Source: an archaeon (GTDB lineage: Archaea > Nanobdellota > Nanobdellia > Woesearchaeales > UBA9642). From it: DNA of 64,000 nt. The position numbers were made by a program, and so were the translations under genes. The stretch is from NCBI GenBank assembly GCA_043806035.1, contig JAZDHK010000033.1, forward strand, positions 33,003-97,002, written 5' to 3'. A model generated the notes under the pieces. That model searched no databases. It worked only from the letters and a program-made list of their open reading frames with translations, and was not told the DNA's origin. Below, piece by piece: positions 61,613 to 64,000 of this stretch. Position 1 is the first letter of the stretch. Each line of letters starts with the position of its first letter.

Positions 61613-62212
61613 GTGGAATTAAGACTTGGATTTTTGGCATCGCATACGGGGAGTAATGTGGAGGCCATACTCAACAGCATAGACACGGGTGTGCTTACTG
61701 CACAACCGAAAATTATCATAACGAACAATCCTGGTGCAGAAGTTCTTGCTGTCGCAAAAAAATACGGCGTAGCATCACGTTGCTTGAATGCCAATAACCA
61801 CGCACCCTATCCGACTGTGGATGAGGCAATACTCCAAATACTTATCGCATCAGAAGTGAATCTTGTGCTCCTTGCGGGATATATGAAACGCATTGGACAA
61901 AACGTGATTAGACACTACTCGAATGCAATACTCAATATACATCCTGCATTACTTCCTAAGTATGGTGGACAGGGGATGTACGGAATGAACGTTCATGACG
62001 CAGTTATTAAGTCAGCCGATACAGACAGTGGTGCAACCGTGCATCTTGTTGATGAACACTACGATACGGGGAGAATACTGTTGCAATCAAAAGTGCCCAG
62101 ACATACGGATGATACTGCAGCGACCCTTGCAAAAAGAGTACTCGAAACAGAACATGCGCTCTATACTGAAGTACTCAAAAGAATACAGGAAGATGAACTT
62201 CTCCTTAACTAA
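61613..62212 (+). CDS. purN: phosphoribosylglycinamide formyltransferase
   Basis: LASHTGSN, LLAGYMKRI, NIHPALLPKYGG. GTG start. Confidence 0.88.
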   Translation: MELRLGFLASHTGSNVEAILNSIDTGVLTAQPKIIITNNPGAEVLAVAKKYGVASRCLNANNHAPYPTVDEAILQILIASEVNLVLLAGYMKRIGQNVIRHYSNAILNIHPALLPKYGGQGMYGMNVHDAVIKSADTDSGATVHLVDEHYDTGRILLQSKVPRHTDDTAATLAKRVLETEHALYTEVLKRIQEDELLLN

Positions 62213-62308
62213 GATTAGTCGTATTCAAGCGTTATCGCCGAATCTTTTTGTTTTGGTGAATTATTGTGTGCTGGGTAGCGAGTAATGTATGATTTTTCTC
62301 CTTATCGT

Positions 62309-62791
62309 TCATAGTGAATTCACATAAATAATTTTGTGATTGATAATTGATGCTCCTTGTTGACCAAACGTGAATGTTGCTCTCAATTTCTTCCCTTCTA
62401 AAACTTCAGGCAACCAGTATGCATCATCTATCCACATCCGTTTCATGGGAAGTGAATCGCGGGAATACCATTCGGGTTTCATCTCTTCAGTTTCCTGTGG
62501 CTCCCCATACCATTTCTTCAGAAAATAAACATGCACAGTCTGATTCCAATCTTTCTCCTCAGGCACATCATCAAAGAAAAAATCTATCTCAGCCACCTTC
62601 TCAAGATTAGAGAACTGTGCATCTATTCGAGCTTCTTCTTTTAATTCACGTACGGCTGCTTGTTCAATGGTTTCTCCGTTATGCACCTTGCCACCATAAC
62701 CATTTAATTTTTCAGCACCAAAACCGCGTTTTTTGAGTCCCAAAAGAACGTGATTATCCTGTATACAGTAAACAAGAGTAACTGGTCTCAT
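62309..62791 (-). CDS. NUDIX hydrolase (MutT-like)
   Basis: GGKVHNGETIEQAAVRELKEEARI. Confidence 0.85.
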   Translation of the reverse strand: MRPVTLVYCIQDNHVLLGLKKRGFGAEKLNGYGGKVHNGETIEQAAVRELKEEARIDAQFSNLEKVAEIDFFFDDVPEEKDWNQTVHVYFLKKWYGEPQETEEMKPEWYSRDSLPMKRMWIDDAYWLPEVLEGKKLRATFTFGQQGASIINHKIIYVNSL

Positions 62792-62824
62792 GGCAATATC
62801 GCATCTTGGCGGTGCGGGAAGGCG

Positions 62825-63562
62825 TTAATCGGTGTCGACTCTCGGCGCGAGGATGAATGCCAGTTGCGCCTTGTTCAGAGCGACATATTCTATCTTGAGC
62901 GGATAGTCCTTGGAAAACTCGACTTTCACCTTGTCTGCTATCTTGCTCCCTTGGATGATTTTCTTCAGGTATTCGATGCTGTACTTTGCTCTGCACTTTT
63001 CCTTGGCATCGACTTTCGTGTTGGCATCCTCGGGAATGTCGATCTGTGCTTTGTTGAGATCCCCTTGTGCGGAGATGATGAACTTTTTGGGCTCAACATG
63101 GAAGGTGACGCTTTCTCCCACGATGTCCACATCCTCGATGGCATCATTCAGTGCCGTGCTGTCGAGCATGATGCTTGCTGCAAATTTGAGGTCGGGCATG
63201 CGCTGCTCCTTCTCTTCGAGGTCGAGCAGTGGCAGGGAGAATGTTCTCGTGCTCGTTCCTTTCAATGTGAGCTTGAACTTGCTGTCTGCAACTTCTAAGG
63301 TCATGGTGTCATTTCCTTTGATCCTGCGCAGAACCTGCTTGAGATTGTTGAGGTTGATACTGAAGCTTGTCTCGGCCTTGACATCGTATTCGACAAATGT
63401 GCTCGAAAGGATGCGGAAGATGACCATGGCGACGTTCGCAGGGTCCATGGCAATTAACTCAATCTTGTCCTTGTCCACCTTGAACGTGCCTTCGCTGACA
63501 AGATCAGAGATGATGCTGACGGGCTCTTTGATGAATTTGGTATCTGCTAGTGTGACTTTCAT
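62825..63562 (-). CDS. pcn: DNA polymerase sliding clamp (PCNA)
   Basis: Archaeal PCNA-like over its full length. Start at MKVTLAD. Confidence 0.9.
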   Translation of the reverse strand: MKVTLADTKFIKEPVSIISDLVSEGTFKVDKDKIELIAMDPANVAMVIFRILSSTFVEYDVKAETSFSINLNNLKQVLRRIKGNDTMTLEVADSKFKLTLKGTSTRTFSLPLLDLEEKEQRMPDLKFAASIMLDSTALNDAIEDVDIVGESVTFHVEPKKFIISAQGDLNKAQIDIPEDANTKVDAKEKCRAKYSIEYLKKIIQGSKIADKVKVEFSKDYPLKIEYVALNKAQLAFILAPRVDTD

Positions 63563-63623
63563 ACGTTTCCCCCCTTGAGAGTCGTACAACCTGCTGCTTT
63601 ATATAATTTTCCGTCCTGCACAG

Positions 63624-64000
63624 CTACAGCCGCAGCGTCTCCCCAGAATATAGCCTATGTACAGTCTTTCCTTCGACATATCCTTCTTTCTTCGCCATGG
63701 CGATGAATGCGTCCATGCTTTCCTGTTCGCTGTGGCTGGGGATGATGTGCTCAGGCTTCACGAGCCGGAGCAGTTCCTGCTGGTCCAGTATGCTACCGTG
63801 CCCTGACGCGTGTATGTCGCGAATGATGCGCACTTTTCTTGCCGTCAGTTCTTGCTCGATGGCTTCCCGGTTCAGGCGATTGATCTCTGTCGGGATGACG
63901 GAGCTGGCGAAGATGACCACGTCACGCTCGTCAAGCGGCAGCATCTTCTCCTCGACGATTTTCCTGAGCATGGATCTCGGCTCGCCTTGGTGGCCGGTGA
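63624..64000 (-). CDS. rnj: RNase J / beta-CASP ribonuclease, 3' part only (extends past the window)
   Basis: The frame is open to nt 64000 (TGHQGEP...). IHASGHGS and IPSHSE beta-CASP motifs. Confidence 0.85.
   Translation of the reverse strand, partial: TGHQGEPRSMLRKIVEEKMLPLDERDVVIFASSVIPTEINRLNREAIEQELTARKVRIIRDIHASGHGSILDQQELLRLVKPEHIIPSHSEQESMDAFIAMAKKEGYVEGKTVHRLYSGETLRL

Noticed and set aside
62750-63578. 182-aa and 222-aa plus-strand ORFs
   Set aside because: They are antisense shadows of the PCNA gene.
1-64000. CRISPR arrays, rRNA genes, and cas or other recognisable defence genes
   Set aside because: I saw no regularly spaced 25-40 nt direct repeats, no rRNA-like conserved stretches, and no cas, restriction-modification or Argonaute-type motifs in any ORF.

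Overview
Archaeal chromosome segment. The evidence is eL18, Rpo3/Rpo10, PCNA, an archaeal RNase J, an archaeal-type SRP RNA, TATA boxes about 27 nt upstream of leaderless starts, and GGTGA Shine-Dalgarno sites or ATGA/GTGA start-stop overlaps inside operons. The standard genetic code applies. The gene content is heavy on nucleotide salvage (PNP, adenosine deaminase, IMPDH, PurN, class II RNR, two NUDIX) with patchy biosynthesis and several bacterial-type genes (NrdR, RsuA/RluB, SufU). I infer a small-genome, possibly DPANN-like, symbiont. Two parts. (A) nt 1-23512 is an accessory cell-surface locus. It holds a 5'-truncated giant ORF (>3030 aa) built from at least four diverged ~2.15 kb super-repeats and saturated with N-glycosylation sequons. 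A coupled 1038-aa type I membrane protein follows, sharing the same two-Cys Ig-like modules plus three Cys-rich repeats. After a short minus-strand island containing a decayed M50-protease gene come 12 co-directional genes plus 3 sub-60-aa ORFs. Almost all of these start with a very short [K/R/N/H]-[G/A] leader followed by a hydrophobic helix, which fits archaeal class III (type IV pilin-like) signal peptides. Several carry a conserved six-Cys ...CC knob. No assembly ATPase, platform protein or prepilin peptidase is in the window. I read this as a candidate host or surface attachment apparatus and it is the most interesting thing here. (B) nt 23513-64000 is mostly housekeeping: SRP RNA, the ribosomal protein/RNAP operon, 3 tRNAs, two membrane DsbA-like oxidoreductases, one intact IS element with target-site duplication, nrdR-nrdJ with tandem NrdR boxes, sufBDSUC, 2-oxoacid:ferredoxin oxidoreductase, malic enzyme, IMPDH, PCNA and others. 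No CRISPR array or rRNA was seen.
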